Assembly (NCBI GenBank): GCA_050084515.1 | Contig: CM114271.1 | Location: 29,078,001-29,142,000 of the forward strand | Source: Blasia pusilla | Lineage: Eukaryota | DNA length: 64,000 nt | Direction of reading: 5' to 3' | Shown here: in pieces, positions 26,361-38,600 of the stretch | Position numbering within the stretch: the stretch's first letter is position 1 | Layout of the letters: each line of letters begins with the position of its first letter | Made by a program: the position numbers and the translations under genes | Notes under the pieces: generated by a model | Told to the model about the DNA's origin: nothing | Seen by the model: only the letters and a program-made list of their open reading frames with translations | Database searches by the model: none

Positions 26361-29300
26361 ATGACGAGGAAAAAATCTCAAGCAAACAAGGCTAGGAGCT
26401 TCACTCCCAAGTCCATGAGGACTCCTGCGTCACCATCTCCAGGGCCTCGTTTGGCCAATGAGATAAGGCAGCAAGAAATCGAGGAGCGGGAAAGGGAAGC
26501 GGAGATGCACAAGCAAGAGCTTCTTGCAAAATGTGTACAGGAGGCGCTCGATAAACAGAACGCAGAGGCTGAGGCGTCGCAGGCCTTGAAGAAAAGGGTC
26601 GCCGATGAAAAGCGAGAAAAGAAGCGTCTGGACGCGTCGGTGAGGAGAGCAGAATTGGCTAAAGCTTGGAGGGAAAAAGCAATAGCCATTGAAGAAAGCC
26701 CTGCCTGTCCAACCGAAAGTGTTGAGATGCGGGAAATGTCCCCGATGAAGTCCGGGGACACAATCAATATAGCGGAAACGGCCGAAGTTCAAGTCATGGA
26801 CGATGAGGTCATGAGGACCGCCAGCGTGGAGATGGTGGACATCGCTGAAGAAGCAGGAGAGCGGTCATCCTCGTCTTTAAGCCCGGCGGAAGAAATCGAC
26901 CTCTATCGGATCGACAAGTTTCCAGTGGACTTGCCAGCTGCTATCTCAGAGTAGTTGGCTGGCCAAGACACCGACCCAATCTTCGAGCGGGTAAGAGAGG
27001 ATCTGTGTTTTTTGAATTATGTGAAGGTCCATGTTGCAATTCATTGGCAATTCAGTGTAGCTTATTGATCTTGTCCCCGTTGTGATAGGTGGTAAAGCCT
27101 ATGGCACTGATGGAGGGCCACAACGCCCCAAGAATTCCACTCTGCCGATTGCGGACAATGGAGTACGTTCGCGAAATTGAGTCTGACGAGGATATTGCGA
27201 AGCTCAAACAATCGGCGGTGACAGCATCCTACGTCGACAGCTTCCCTTCGTTCTATGTTCAGCCTTACGATGACCATGGAACCCAAGCGCTGGTTACGGA
27301 GGAGGACTTGGAATCGCTCGACATATTCTGGAGGATGAGAGATCAGGAATTCAGAAGGCAAGTAGAGGGGACGGAATTCAGCTGGATGAGAAACATGTAT
27401 TTCTTCATCTGGGATGGAAATCACAGGTTCATGGCGTGGACAAAGTTTGCAGAGGAGCGCCCAAACTCCTTGGAGGCACATTTTTGCATGAAGGCAGTGG
27501 TGCTTCATCCAAACCCTCATCACATGGCAACGGTGGAGATGGCCATGCATGCCATGAACACGTAAGTTTCTTCTTGCTGCAAATCGTCGGACTCCGACAA
27601 GTTGTTTGAGTCGCCACTATTTTTGGGATGTTTTTGGCCAAAAGCAACTCGTCGGACTCCGACGAGTTGTTCGACTGACCACAGGTTTAGGATGTTTTTG
27701 GCCCAAAGCAACTCGTCGGAGTCCGACGAGTTGCTCGACTGGCCGCATTCTTTGGATGTATTTTGAAGAAAGCAACTTGTCGGAGTCCAACGAGTTGCTT
27801 GACTCGCCGCATTTTTTGGATGTTTTTTGAAGAAGGCAACTCGTGGGAGTCCGACGGGTTGCTTGACTCGAAGCTGTTTTTGGAGGTTTTTTGATGTTTT
27901 TGGCCGAAAGCAACTCGTCGGAGTCCGACAGGTTGCATTCGGAAGTTGGGAGCTACATTTTTGGCGTCAAATTGCAGCTTTCATTGAAATTGCGCAACCT
28001 GTCGAACTCCGACGGGTTGATATGTTCACTTTTGATACGGACTATCTAACAACCCGTCGGAGTCCGACGGGTTGAAACCAGGCAATCACAAATCTGAATG
28101 CAATCCGTCGGACTCCGATGGGTTGCAAAATTTAGCTTGTTGCTACAATCCGACCTTGAGCTGTAACGACTTGTCGGAGTCCGACGGGTTGCAAGAACCC
28201 ATGTACCTTACAAAATTTCTTATATTGAGTTTGGATGTGCAGGATTGTATCGGAGGGGAATGTCACCCACCACTGGACCCAGTATTGCGATCGGGTGAAG
28301 AAAGTGCTAACAACGCACCCGGCAGAGTACAAGGGGTTCTTGGGCGACTCCCTTGTAAATGAGATGCTGGCAAAGGGTGCATAAATCAAAAAGAAGACTT
28401 GGGCAAATAAATTTATTTCCCAAGATGCAGCCATCACAATCCTTTGCTGGTCGAAGATACAGGCCACCTAGAAGAGCGCTGCATTGGAGCTGGAGCGGAG
28501 GGAGAAAGTGCCTGTGTCTGAGCGTGCAAAATTCATCCAAGCTGCAGTATCTGCAGCTACGAAGTACACGGCAAGCAAGATGCAGCGCTACATCGCCATT
28601 CTCAACCCCAAACTTGGTCCGGATTTCTACAAGGAGCTGAAGGCGATAATCAAGCGCCAGCGGAAAAGGGATGAAGATCCGCAAGGTCGGATTGGGGAGA
28701 AAGTGTCTCTCGATCGCGTGCATCAATTTGCCTTGTCTGGAATAAGCGAATTTAGGAGAATATGACTCATGAAAATTAGTCTCGAGGGCACAGAGGCCCA
28801 AAAGAGGGCGGCACACCATCCTCCGGGTGTCTCTGATCCAGTGATCTCCCACTGGCTTCGGGTATGGTCTATCTGGGACGCGTTGTGGCTTATTGGGAAG
28901 TCCATGCTCGACGGTCTCCAAGCGGAGCTGAAAAGAATAGAGCCACTTCCAGAGGAAGAAAACCTGGAGAGTGCTGTAGATTTCAAACTTTGGCTTGATG
29001 ACATCCGGGACAAGCCCATCAAAAACCCAGGTTTCAGGACGATGTTCAAGGATTGCATCCTCCCTCAGGCAGACCTTGACGAAGAAATCAAGGGGAAAAA
29101 AAAGGATTTCGCAAAGAAGAAGCGAGATCTTCAAGAGCAGGCGGCCGATGTAGTTTGACTAAGAGCTACCCAACGTATGGTATTCAGGTACCTCGTCCAT
29201 TGTAAGAATGCAGGTACGTAGCGAAAAATACCGGCAGCCTGCAAATTGTGGGCTTCTCCGCCTGATGGAGAGACATTCTCCATGTACGACACGAAGATGG

Positions 29301-31090
29301 CTCAGAGCATGTCCGATTGGGAGGTGGAGAATTGCCCGATTTGGATGGACTTCAATGACCCTGAGGACATTACCGAGAAAGATCTACGCCTGCTTTATGA
29401 TGCAGTGGTCGTAGGACGGGACGACATCCCCAATTTTGTGGAGCCTAAAGACTTTTTCGAAGGAGATGCGGAAGAGCAAGCCCTCGAGACAACGGAGTTG
29501 GCTTCTAAGGTCCACACAACCAAAGACAAATCTACAGCGGGTCTCAAAGGCAAGGCGAGGGGATCGAAGAATTCCGAGGCCGAGTCTTCCCAAAGAGAGG
29601 CTGAAGATTCAAGGCCAGAGCTGGAATCGTCCAGGCGAGCGGGGAGAGAGGGTCCGACCAGGTCCTCCGCGAGAAAAACCCCACCAGAGTCTGAGGACAT
29701 AGAGACCCCAACAAGCCGACCGCAGACTCGAGAGAAGCGGAAGCGAGAGGCGCCAGGGTTGTCCCAAGGAGAATACAGTCCATCATCCTTGGGAAGACAT
29801 AGAGAAACAACGACCCGGACAAGCATCATCCTTCACTTCACGAATCTACTGGATGAGTTGAAAAGTTTCAGTTCTCAAGCGTCGACACCCGCCATCGAGA
29901 AATTGACAACGCTGGGACGGAAGCTTCAACGAAACGGGCAGGTCGGGCTCCCTTGACGGTCCATGGGGTGGTCGAAGAGGTGGCGGTGGATCTCTTGATC
30001 GCTGATTTGCCCTCGGGGTTGCGCTTGTGGGACTAGAATCCGTCCGACGGGGTCCCAGACTGGAATGTTCCCCTTTCTTATGACCAGATTGCGCTCCAGT
30101 TTTCCTTCGTAGACGCTTATCTCAGTGACAGGGGCTGCTTCTTAGTTTTAACTGGAGGGAACGAGGACGAGCTTTTCAACCTCCAGTGCGTCAAGAGGTC
30201 GCTGAAGTGGAGGACGGCGCAATCGTGGATCATCAAGAACGAGTACCCACTCCGATCCGCGACGAGTCAAATTCGGATAAGGCTCTATTCCTGTCTCCAG
30301 ATTGTATTTCTCCGACGGATTTTTTTTGTCCGTGAGCAACCCGTTGTTTTCCGACGGGTTGCATCTTTCCCAGAAACACAGGGAAAACGCATTACCACCT
30401 GCAACCCGTCGGGTTTCGACGGGTTGCAGGTGCTTATGCTTTTTCCCTGTGTTTTCCGGAAAGCTGCAACCCGTCGCCTTCCGACGGGTTGGTCATGGAC
30501 AAAAACAACCCGTTGGACTCCGACAGGTTGCTCCAATGTTAGTATTATAAAGAAGTTCTCTAGGGTTAAGCGAAGTTCTTTGGTGACGTGTTGCACATTA
30601 TGTCACCATCCTGAGAGTAGACCAGTGGCCAAGTTGCTGACATTGTTTCCTGCGTGCTTCTTTACAGATGGACCACTCCTATGTTTACTGCTTCGTTCGG
30701 ACCAAGCACAACTTCCAGGTGTTTAAGATCCAGGATCTTGTGGATCCATGCTCCGATGGGTACAACTTAGATAGTTTATACAATTCCCCCCCGGGAATTT
30801 TCATGCAAGAGGATACCCCACTACTTGGAGGAAGGGAAAAGTCGCCAGGCCTGATGCAAACGCTCATCGAGCTCTGCTTAAGGCCGGGTGACTTGGTGTT
30901 CGACTTAGTGGGCCTTTCACGCACGAGTATCAAAGGCGCCTGGCAGAGTGGTAGGAACATTCTCTGCCTCAAGGGAAGGAGGAACTGTTTGACCTTTGCA
31001 AGGAGGCAAAGGCAGATTATGACAGGCTAGTTGGGGCGTACAACTCTCCTCTGAAGCCGAGAGCTCCGGTCCAGACCCACCATTGGTAGT
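26361..31090 (+). pseudogene. MULE cargo gene: charged N-terminus, ParB/Sulfiredoxin-like domain, helical region and beta-class N4C/N6A DNA methyltransferase-like domain; disrupted
   Basis: Phase-consistent exons 26361-26990, 27089-27561, 28243-30276, 30668-~31090. ParB-like IPLCRL...VRE...DIAKLKQS...FFIWDGNHRFMAW. MTase-like VDLLIADLPSG (29986-30018), YLSDRGCFLV, EKSPGLMQTLIELCLRPGDLVFDLVG...GAWQSGRNILCL. In-frame stops at 26952, 28382, 28469, 28763, 29156, 29219, 30034. Confidence 0.75.
27579..28193. repeat. Intronic array (~64 bp period) of the 27-bp palindrome in cargo intron 2
   Basis: Copies at 27644, 27708 (perfect GCAACTCGTCGGAGTCCGACGAGTTGC), 27772, 27836, 27910, ~27994, 28050 (perfect CAACCCGTCGGAGTCCGACGGGTTG), 28100, ~28167. 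Confidence 0.92.
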
Positions 31091-31227
31091 GACACCATCG
31101 TCACTTCCCACGATTCTGAAAATCGGGAGGGCAAGGCCGAAAGTAATTTTGCAAGAGCTCTCGGATGATGACGAGTGAGTTCAAAGAACTCAAGGACCCA
31201 GCTTGACTGCAGCGTTTGGAGTAGGGA

Positions 31228-32326
31228 TTTATTTGATGACGAGGGCAAAAGAATTCATAGAATAGATGAAATGTACAGTTCCGAGCTTCTTTCGGATGTA
31301 ATAAAGGACAAGATTTTTTCGAAGGATCGTGGTGTTTCTAAAAGTTTGCTGAATATCTTTTGTGTCTTTTCGAATGTGATCGTCTATGTACTCCGAGGAC
31401 TTCTATTTTGCAACCTGTCGGATTTCCACTGCACCTTTTTAACCACTACCAAGCAACCTGTCGGATTCCGATAGGTTGGCTGCGTGAGTAATCGGACTCT
31501 TTCCCTGTTGGTCCAACTTAAGAGGCAGTCGGGCGGGCTTCTTCACTTTGGCACCTTCCCCTAGTATCGTCAAACAAGGCGTAGGCTTCTTCTCTTCTCT
31601 CAGACGTGTTGGATTCCTACTACCTGTGGGATTGCCATCATGGTATTTCCAAGGACGGAGCACATATTGATACTGGATGGGTGTCACATTACAGAGCGTA
31701 CAAGATATACCGCCGAGGAAGGCAGTGGGACTCAAATCAGGTTACATGGGACCGTTATGGTGTACCTAGGGGGGGGCCAAGGCTCTCGAATTCGCCAACA
31801 TTTTCGATCCCCGTCTACAATCGGCCAAAGGAGCCACTTGTATCCCAAGACATTCCTTTTGTACAGGAACCTAGGAGAGTTAGGAGTAAATTTGTAGATG
31901 ACGAGGCTGAAGAAATCATAGACTAGATCAAATGTACATTTCCGAGGTTCCTTCGGAGGTAATAAAGGACGAGATTTTTTCAACCGATAATGGTGTTTGT
32001 AAAAGTTTGCTGAAATTTTTTTGTACTTGTGGATTGTGTTCGTCTAGCTACTCAAAATGTTTATTTTGCAACCCGTGTGATTCTGACGGGTAGCAACTTT
32101 TCACTTTTTGACCACTGCAACTTTTCAACCATTTCTAAGCAAGCTGTCGGATTCCGACAGGTTGGCTGCTTGAGTGGTCGGACTCTTTCCCTGGTAGACC
32201 AAATTCTGAGGCATTGTGGCGGGCTTCTTCACTTTTGGCTCGTTCCCCTAGTATCGTCAAACCAGTCTTAGGCTTCTTTTCTTCTCTAAGACGTGCTGGA
32301 TTCCTATAACTTGTCGGATTGCCATT
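31228..32326 (+). repeat. Diverged direct duplication of ~400 bp (31228-31640 and 31890-32326)
   Basis: Shared blocks AATGTACAnTTCCGAG, GTAATAAAGGACnAGATTTTTTC, AAAAGTTTGCTGAA, TCGGACTCTTTCCCTG, GGCGGGCTTCTTCACTTT, CCCCTAGTATCGTCAAAC. Confidence 0.9.
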
Positions 32327-32971
32327 TCGGATTCCCAAACAGTTGAATTTTCGTGGGTGCAGGGTGGAATGGAATCACTTCTCAAAATCTTTCCTTTGTT
32401 ATGGTGAGCTTGCTTGCAAGGGATGCAAGCCATCTGATTCCGACAGGTTGCAAGAGTTGGAACCTGTAAAATTCCGACGGGTTGGGAGGGGTGTAGCATC
32501 TCGGTTTATCAGATTTAGGATCTGAATGAAGGGACATCAGTTTCTCTTTACTCTAGACAACTAAAAATCTTTTGGTTTAATTATCGTCTCCTGTGTTGAG
32601 ATGAGATTGCTACTCTGGTCACATTATTTGCCAATGGTCCTCCAAAAAAAATAGCCCTGGGCACAGCTTACTGTAGATTGAGACAGGAAATGTGAAAAAA
32701 CTTGGGCTCACATGGAGAGTGATGGAAAAATGTTTGTAGTGATCTTATGATGTCTACTTGTTTTTCGCCCCCTAGAAAAAGGAAGTTTCTTAAGGCCCGA
32801 ATGTGGACCACTACCTACTTTCTTCTAAAGATTTCATGAATTTGATAGCAAAGAAAAATTTCAAATATGTCAAAAAGTTTTGAAGAGAGGAGGCGGATTT
32901 GGCCCTTTTTTTTGAAGAGAGACTCTCCTCTCTTCCTCTCTCCTTGCAGAATACCAGCCCCCGTACCAATC

Positions 32972-34300
32972 CATGCGCCTACGAAGGCGGCGGTCTTGTC
33001 CATAATTTCCCACAAACGGCTCTGGAAAATGTGTGGCAGTGACATTACCATTACTTGGCAAATGAGTGTTGGTGTCTACCCTGACCTTCAAGTTTAGAAT
33101 TGAACCCAAGTCCTTGTGCAGGAGTTGAAACAAATGTTCAAGGAGAATATCTAAGAATGGAACACAAAGGGTAGCATGTATGCACTTCTCCATCATATCT
33201 TGAACATCCATGATGGTGATTTGATGTGACATGCCATGTGTTGTAGATTCAGCAAGATCATGGTAAGTAAGGTCTTCCACAATATCTCCATGCTGGCCTT
33301 GAGTATTCCTTTCATCCTCTTCATGCTCATGCACCAAGTTTTGTTACTCGCCAGCTTTGCTTCCAAAGCATGTTCCCAAGAACGAAAACAATTAAACTTC
33401 AATGTGGCCACACAGAAGAACACATTTTGCCTAAGAAGTGTATTAAATAGATAGATAACCTCTATCTTGGCTGCTAGTGTATATCCATCAAATCACTCAA
33501 CCAAAGTAAAGAGTATGTCAAGGGTATTCAAAGTTGTAAGATGACAAACATGGTGGTTACACGTGAATCCTTCATTGGCACGTGCACATGTACAAGATGG
33601 ATCTTTTTGTGTTGTAGTCCACCACATTATGCCAAAGATCTGGGTTGGATATACCCTTGACCTTAGCACATTTCCTCCTATTCAGCAGATCAAAGGTGAC
33701 ATGATTATCAAGTTTCTCACTTGCCCTCATGATTGTGATTAGGATTACTTTTTGTATGGCCTTCTTTCTCACCATGTTTCAAGAACCCCATATACCAGAA
33801 GAAATCTTCTACTTCACTAGTGAGAATTTGCACAAGCCATATAAGTTTCCTGGTTGGCTTTATGGGCATGCTAGATGCCAAGAGCATCTTTAGAGTGTGG
33901 TGCCATCTTTCAATGGCAACACTGGTATCTTGGTTGGACCGAGATTGCCTAAGCTATCCCTTTGCCTAGGTCATAATTTTTGGATGCCAATAGTTTGCAT
34001 AGTACTTGAGAAAGTGTGATTATGTTCCAACCCAGTTGCGCATGAATCAATAAGAAGCCTCAATGGGATCTACAACCAGATAAAAGATATGAACATTTTG
34101 GTTCATCACATGCCTTCATCACATGAGTACATTACACCACCTAAGTCTCTATTTATATCAGTCTTTGGAATTGGACAATGCACCCGTTAACGCAAATTCT
34201 TCAACCAATTCTTTTGAACATGCGATAGACAAAGGTCTATAGGGACACCGGGAAATACTTCTTTGATAGCACATTGCTCCTCTTTGGAATCATCTACAAT
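32972..34300. mobile_element. Degenerate retroelement fragment (target of the MULE insertion) with possible Gypsy integrase Zn-finger remnant near 33900-34100
   Basis: Minus-strand ORF runs across the TSD; plus strand has a decayed FW...C...LQP integrase-like pattern. Confidence 0.3.
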
Positions 34301-35667
34301 GAAGTAAGAGGGATTATTTTTAAATGCTCGTGATATGGCTTTGTAAATAAAAAAAGAAGGGTCATTTAGTCATCTTAGCCCACAATTTGAAATTTTATGT
34401 GAAAATTTCAAATTTTCTTAAGTGACTTGCATGGGATTTTAATATATGGGCTTCTAATGAAAAGGTCAAATTTTATTTTTCATTCCAATGAAGAAGTTGT
34501 TAGTGAGATTAAATTTGGTCTACTTGTTCATGGAGGTTTGTGTAACATCCTTAAAACTTTCAATCTCTACACCCATATATATGATCAAGCATTTGATCTT
34601 TAAAACTCGATGGAGTAAGAGATATTCCATTTGAAGGAATCATGAAAATTTGGGGTATGAACTCAATATCTCTATTCTTTAGACCTTGTGAAAGCTTGCC
34701 CCAAATTTAGGTGGTACTAAATGATATACGCAAAGTAACGGATCTTCAAAATCGATAAGGAATGGGACCAACGGAAAAAAATATTTACAAAAAGTTTGAA
34801 AATGAAAATAATGAATATGTAGGTCAAACTTTATGAATTCATATGAAATATGAATGAATTTGATCATGAAAATCAAATTTAAAATGATAAGAAATCACCT
34901 AATACTTCAAGGACCTTCAAGGCTACAAACCTTTTCCGTTCCCTTTGGATTTGACATTGAATTTAGCTCTAAGAATTTTCCTTAAAGATCGATGTAGAGT
35001 TTTTGAATCTTCTAACTCCGGGCTAATATCATCATCAAATGAAATAATAAGTTTGAAAGAATAGATTGCCCCTTTATCCACTACTTGACAAGGTGTTTAT
35101 TCCCTTGTACGGACTTTTTGAGTAGAACTAGCTTCTATTGGATCAATGATTGTGAAGGGGTTTCTAAAATAAATTTTCTTATAGTATATTGTCCTTCTAA
35201 TCCACTTTCCCTAGCTCAGTTCTTCTCCATCCAATCATGTATTTTGTCTTGGGCATGTTGTTCCTCTTTGGTCAAACTCATGAGATAGTCATCAAGGTTG
35301 CACGGAAATGAACAAGTCTGGACATGTCCTCGGACATGGCCGGCCCGCACGCCATCCCGTCCCAGAGCCCTATGGAAAACTGCTAAACAAGCATAACTAA
35401 TGGAAAAGGACTCTCACACACACACACACACCACCATGGAGAACAAAATTGGTAATGAGAGAATGAATGGAGGCTAGTCCCCTTCTCAATTATATAGGGT
35501 ATGTACAAGGAATCCTAATCCTAACCTTAGTCTCGAGTTAGACTAATTGTGATTAACTAACCCTAGTTAAGATAATCGTGCTTAATTGACTAACCAAGAT
35601 TAAGCTTCCCTACTTCGTGTGAGTACCAAATGTAGCAGTTCAGGTGTCTCATGAGCTTGGTTGTAAC

Positions 35668-38600
35668 TCAATCTTCAATACTCCCCCTCAAGCTCATATC
35701 GATATCTCTAACGCCTAAATTATTTCTACACATCTCAAACTTATCTCTAAACAATACCTTTGTAAAGATGTCAGCAATTTGTTGATCTGTACCTTTATAC
35801 ACAAGATCATTTTCTCCTGCAAGCACTTTCTCTTTGATAAAATGATAGTGCATCTCAACATGCTTTGTACGAGCATGAAATACAAGGTTATTAGCAAGCT
35901 TGATGCTACTAATATTTTATGCATATATTACACTATGTCCTAAGTTACTAACACCAATCTCAACAAATAATCGATAAAGCCACACTGCCTCACATGGTGC
36001 ATTGGTTGCTCCTTTGTACTCAGCCTTTGTTGAAGATAAAGCAACTGTTGGTTGCTTCTTTGAAGCCCAACTTATAGCTACGCTTCCCAAAGTAAATGAA
36101 TAATCAGATGTGGAGTGTCGATCAGACACGCTTCCTGCCCAATCAGCATCTGTGAATCCGTGTAATTGAAAACTCGGAGAAGGTTCAAATTGAAGCCCGA
36201 ATTGAATAAAGAATTTCACATACCGCATAATCCTCCTCACAACATCAAGGTGAGGTTTTCGAGGTGCTTGCATAAATTGGCTCATTAGGCCAACACCATA
36301 ACTTAAATTTAGTCTGGTTATAGTTAGATAGATCAAACTTCCAACCATGCGCCTGTATATATTAGAATCTGCAAGCAACTCTCCTTCATCCACTCTTAGC
36401 TTTACACTCTGGTCCAACGGTGTAGAAATTGGATAACAAGCCGTCATACCATATTTTGAAAGCATATGAAGAGCACATTATCGTTGTAGTAACCACATGC
36501 TCTTTCCAACCTTGATAAACTCTATACCAAGGAAGTACTTGAGTTCTCCCAAGTCCTTCATATCAAATTCTGCTTGTAACTTAAGCTTGACTTGTTGTAC
36601 CATTTCTTCAGTACTCCCTGTAATCAGGAGATCGTCAACATACAACACATTGAGAACCGTATGATCTTGTCCTCTCAAGACATATAACGAGGAGTCAAAA
36701 TCACATGCCCTAAAACCCAACTCTTGTAGGACGTATGTAATCTTGCCATACCAAGCTCTTAGAGCTTGTTTGAGCCCGTATAGAGCTTTCTTCAACCTAC
36801 ATATACGAAATGGAAATTTGGGATGCTCGTATCCAAGTGGTTGAGTCATATATACCTCCTCGTATAGATCTCCATTCAAGAAGGTATTCTTGACGTCCAT
36901 GTGATGTAATCTCCACTTCTTACTTAATGCAACTGCAACCACTATTCTCGTAGTCGCCATCTTTGCAACAGGGCTAAATATTTCCTCATAATCGATACCA
37001 TATTGTTATGCATAGTCCTTAGCCACCAATCTCGCTTTATATCTGTTAATTGTACCATCTTGATTGCGCTTGATTTTATAACCCCATTTGCAACCAATAG
37101 CTTTCTTACCGGAAGGTAAATCAACATGCTCCAATGTTTGTTGATGTCTTAATATAGCAAGCTCTTCCTCCATAGCTTGAATCCATTCGACTTTACTTGC
37201 AGCTTCTTCAAAACAACTCGGCTCTTGTTCTTGAAGGGTAGTCATCATAGATGGATGATGTGTTGCAAGGAAACCTTTATTTATGAATCTATGAACTAGA
37301 TGTGTAACTCTACCTAGTCTACGAAGTTGTTGTTCAGAGGTAGATGCCTCTGACACCTAACTCAAGCTCTGACTAGTGTCAATAGAATGAATACGTACTC
37401 TTCTGGTCCATGGACTCACAGATCTAATTGATGAATTTAGAACCTCTCAAGACAACATCCCTACTCACATAGAATTGCCTAGAGGATGGAATTATAGCAC
37501 TTATACCCCTTAGTTCCATCAAGATAGCCAATGAAAATACATCTCTCTACTTTTGGATCTAATTTCTTTCTCTTTTCATCCGGAATATGAACATAGCAAA
37601 TACATCCAAAATACTTTCAAGAAGGAAAATCAAAATTGGTTTACTTTCCGGTGAGAACTTCGGATGGAGTTTTATCAAACTCATGCTATTGGAGTTTGGT
37701 TGATTAAAATACTTGCACATGCTACTACCTCTGCCCAATATGATTTTGGCATGTTCTTTTCATTTAGCATAGCTCGTGCAATTTCTGCAATATGTCTATT
37801 CTTTCTCTCTGCTACACCATTTTGTTGTGGAGTATAACTACATGTGATTTGTCTCTCGATGCCATTCTCTCTCAAAAACTCATCAAATTCATGAGAGAGA
37901 AATTCTCCTCCTCCATCAGATCTCAATTTAATATGTATTTACCTGATTGCTTTTCTACCATAGTCTTAAAGGTGTGAAACATAGAGAGGACTTCAGACTT
38001 ATGCTTCAAGAAGTATACCCATATCTTCCTTGAGAAATCATCAATAAATGACAAAGTACTCACTCCCACTAAGACTAGGTTGTGATGCAGTCCAAACATT
38101 TGTGTGGATGATTTCCAATATATTGGATGCTCGTGTACCTTGATGAGGAAAAGAAAATCTAGATTTTTTTCCAAATTGACATGCAGGACATACCTCTAAC
38201 GTAGTAGGATTTGTGAAACTTGGGGAGTCATATTACAAATTTAGATGATGAAAGACTGTAATCTTTGAAAGTTCATGTGTCCACATCTCTTATGCCATCA
38301 CATTTAGATGTGTGACTTGTTGGTCGTTTGACCATACATCCAAACATTGTTGTTTCTTTCTGTGGTAAAACAACATCGAGTTTGAACATTCTCCCTTCTC
38401 TACTTCCCTTGGCCACCAACTTCTTATTCGGCTCCATTGTTTCAATGAAACAACCATCTACGTTAAATTTCACTTGATAACCCTGTTCTACTATCTGTCC
38501 TACAGAGATCAGGTTTCTTGGAATGGTAGGAACATAGAGAACATTTCCAAGAGCACAAAGACCATCTATGCTATTGAGACTTTATCAAGATATCGTGATA

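Larger units (their letters stand above)
19369..32962. mobile_element. Full-length Mutator-like (MULE) DNA transposon, 13.6 kb, with cargo gene
   Basis: Exact 9-bp TSD GTACCAATC at 19360-19368 and 32963-32971; G...C termini; weak inverted ends (GAGAGGAAGAGAGGAGAG and AAACTTTTTG tracts at left mirrored at 32870-32942); MULE transposase inside; the flanks rejoin into one reading frame. Confidence 0.9.

Noticed and set aside
24232-28193. Palindromic repeats with ~40-bp spacers resembling a CRISPR array
   Set aside because: Spacers within each cluster are homologous, repeats are degenerate and intronic, the context is eukaryotic and no cas genes are present
28307-29134. 275-aa minus-strand ORF
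   Set aside because: Antisense shadow of the cargo exon; no motifs
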